NCBI GenBank assembly: GCA_963702475.1 | Contig: CAVPCT010000003.1 | Coordinates: 960,001-1,024,000, forward strand | From: an uncultured Thermoleophilia bacterium | Lineage (GTDB): Bacteria > Actinomycetota > Thermoleophilia > UBA2241 | Reading direction: 5' to 3' | DNA: 64,000 nucleotides | Part shown: positions 63,148 to 64,000 of the stretch, piece by piece | Position numbering within the stretch: the first letter of the stretch is position 1 | How the letters are laid out: every line of letters begins with the position of its first letter | Notes under the pieces: generated by a model | Told to the model about the DNA's origin: nothing | The model's input: only the letters and a program-made list of their open reading frames with translations | The model's database searches: none | Position numbers and translations under genes: made by a program

Positions 63148-63171
63148 GCAGCACCCACGCTGTGAGATCTT

Positions 63172-63215
63172 GAGGCCGGGGCCGGCCGCCCGTGAGGGCG
63201 GCCGGCCCCGGCCTC
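63172..63215. terminator. GC-rich hairpin with GTGA loop between convergent genes
   Basis: GAGGCCGGGGCCGGCCGCCC-GTGA-GGGCGGCCGGCCCCGGCCTC. Confidence 0.7.
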
Positions 63216-63278
63216 GTTCGTGCGGCGTGCGGGCCGTCGCCGCGCGCTGGGGCGGGCGAAGGCAGGCAGTCGCCTTGG

Positions 63279-64000
63279 TCAGCGCGGCTTCACGACGACC
63301 TTGAGCCGCGCCGGCTGTGACGTGCCCTCGGCGTGGTCGCCGTGGGCCGGCAGGACGGTGCGGAAGACGTAGGTCGCCGTCTTGAGCGGGACCTTCCAGG
63401 ACGCCTTGTAGACCGACCCGCCGTCGAGCTTCGCCGAGACGAGCGGGCGCCAGGCGCCGCCCTGCTGCCGCTGCACGGTCACGGTGCTCCCCGGGTGCGC
63501 GGGGTCGACCTCGCCGGAAAAGACCGTGCGGTAGCCCGACCCGGCACGGCGCGTGGAGAGCGTGAGGCTCACCCTGGGCGCGACGGCCACGGTGACCGGG
63601 GCGCTGGTGACGGAAGCGCCGCCAGGCGCCCGCGCGCTCGCGGTCCAGGAGGCGCTGACGTCGGGTTTGAACCAGGTCGCATAGCGGCCGTCCGCGCCGG
63701 TGGGTGTGGCGGCCGGGACGGTGCCCGCGGACGGCGTCAGGTGCACCTCGACGTCGCGCAGCGGCGCGCCGTCGAGCGTGAGGTATCCGGACACCGCGAG
63801 GGTGTCGCCGTAGGTGAGCGCGGCGGCGCGTGGCCGCAGGGTCAACGCGCCGCCGCGCTCAGCGAAGCGCCACAGCCTGGCCCCGTCCCCGTCTCCCAGA
63901 GCGTACGCGCCGCCCGACCCGTCGCCCTTGAGGGCCGGGAGCCGCGAAGGCGGCGGGCTCAGCGCGGGCGACGTCCACGTGCCGAGACAGGTCATCTCGG
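63279..64000 (-). CDS. C-terminal part of a probable secreted protein with two beta-sandwich domains (truncated by the window edge)
   Basis: Open frame to the edge. TYG.T..VSG.L, GADGRY, SG.V.PAH.G..V.VQR...W...YVFR modules. Confidence 0.6.
   Translation of the reverse strand, partial: EMTCLGTWTSPALSPPPSRLPALKGDGSGGAYALGDGDGARLWRFAERGGALTLRPRAAALTYGDTLAVSGYLTLDGAPLRDVEVHLTPSAGTVPAATPTGADGRYATWFKPDVSASWTASARAPGGASVTSAPVTVAVAPRVSLTLSTRRAGSGYRTVFSGEVDPAHPGSTVTVQRQQGGAWRPLVSAKLDGGSVYKASWKVPLKTATYVFRTVLPAHGDHAEGTSQPARLKVVVKPR

Overview
High-GC bacterial chromosome window, most consistent with an anaerobic member of Actinomycetota, probably Thermoleophilia-like. This is inferred from gene content (GuaB3, murI-rph-rdgB, leaderless promoters) and was not checked against a database. 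Housekeeping and metabolic genes: murI-queT-rph-rdgB, guaB3-guaA, ltaE, a 4-hydroxybutyrate operon (abfD, small Cys protein, CoA-transferase, Fe-ADH), gdhA plus an atypical P-II, trxA, ilvDBN...ilvC, a stand-alone trpB, and an aminotransferase-serA pair. An M-box Mg2+ riboswitch controls a soluble MgtE/CBS protein and an NRAMP-related transporter. The most notable signal is a cell-surface locus at 27-42 kb. Three secreted Ig-like/IPT proteins there, plus a subtilase 22 kb away, have different N-terminal parts but all end in the same ~100-aa basic domain (DxxPP...G.V...L.KG.Y...A.D.AGN...L.VK-stop), reminiscent of a T9SS/FlgD-type C-terminal sorting domain. The three clustered genes sit beside three glycosyltransferases, a priming sugar-phosphate transferase and an O-antigen-ligase/TPR protein. 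Other candidates: an intact SerA paralog that has lost its catalytic motifs, a switchable attenuator upstream of guaB, a ~480-nt structured 5' UTR, and a leaderless micro-ORF plus hairpin before the serine operon. Many genes after 30 kb carry single-base indels, nearly all +1, that look like sequencing or assembly errors. No tRNA, rRNA, CRISPR array or mobile element was recognised.
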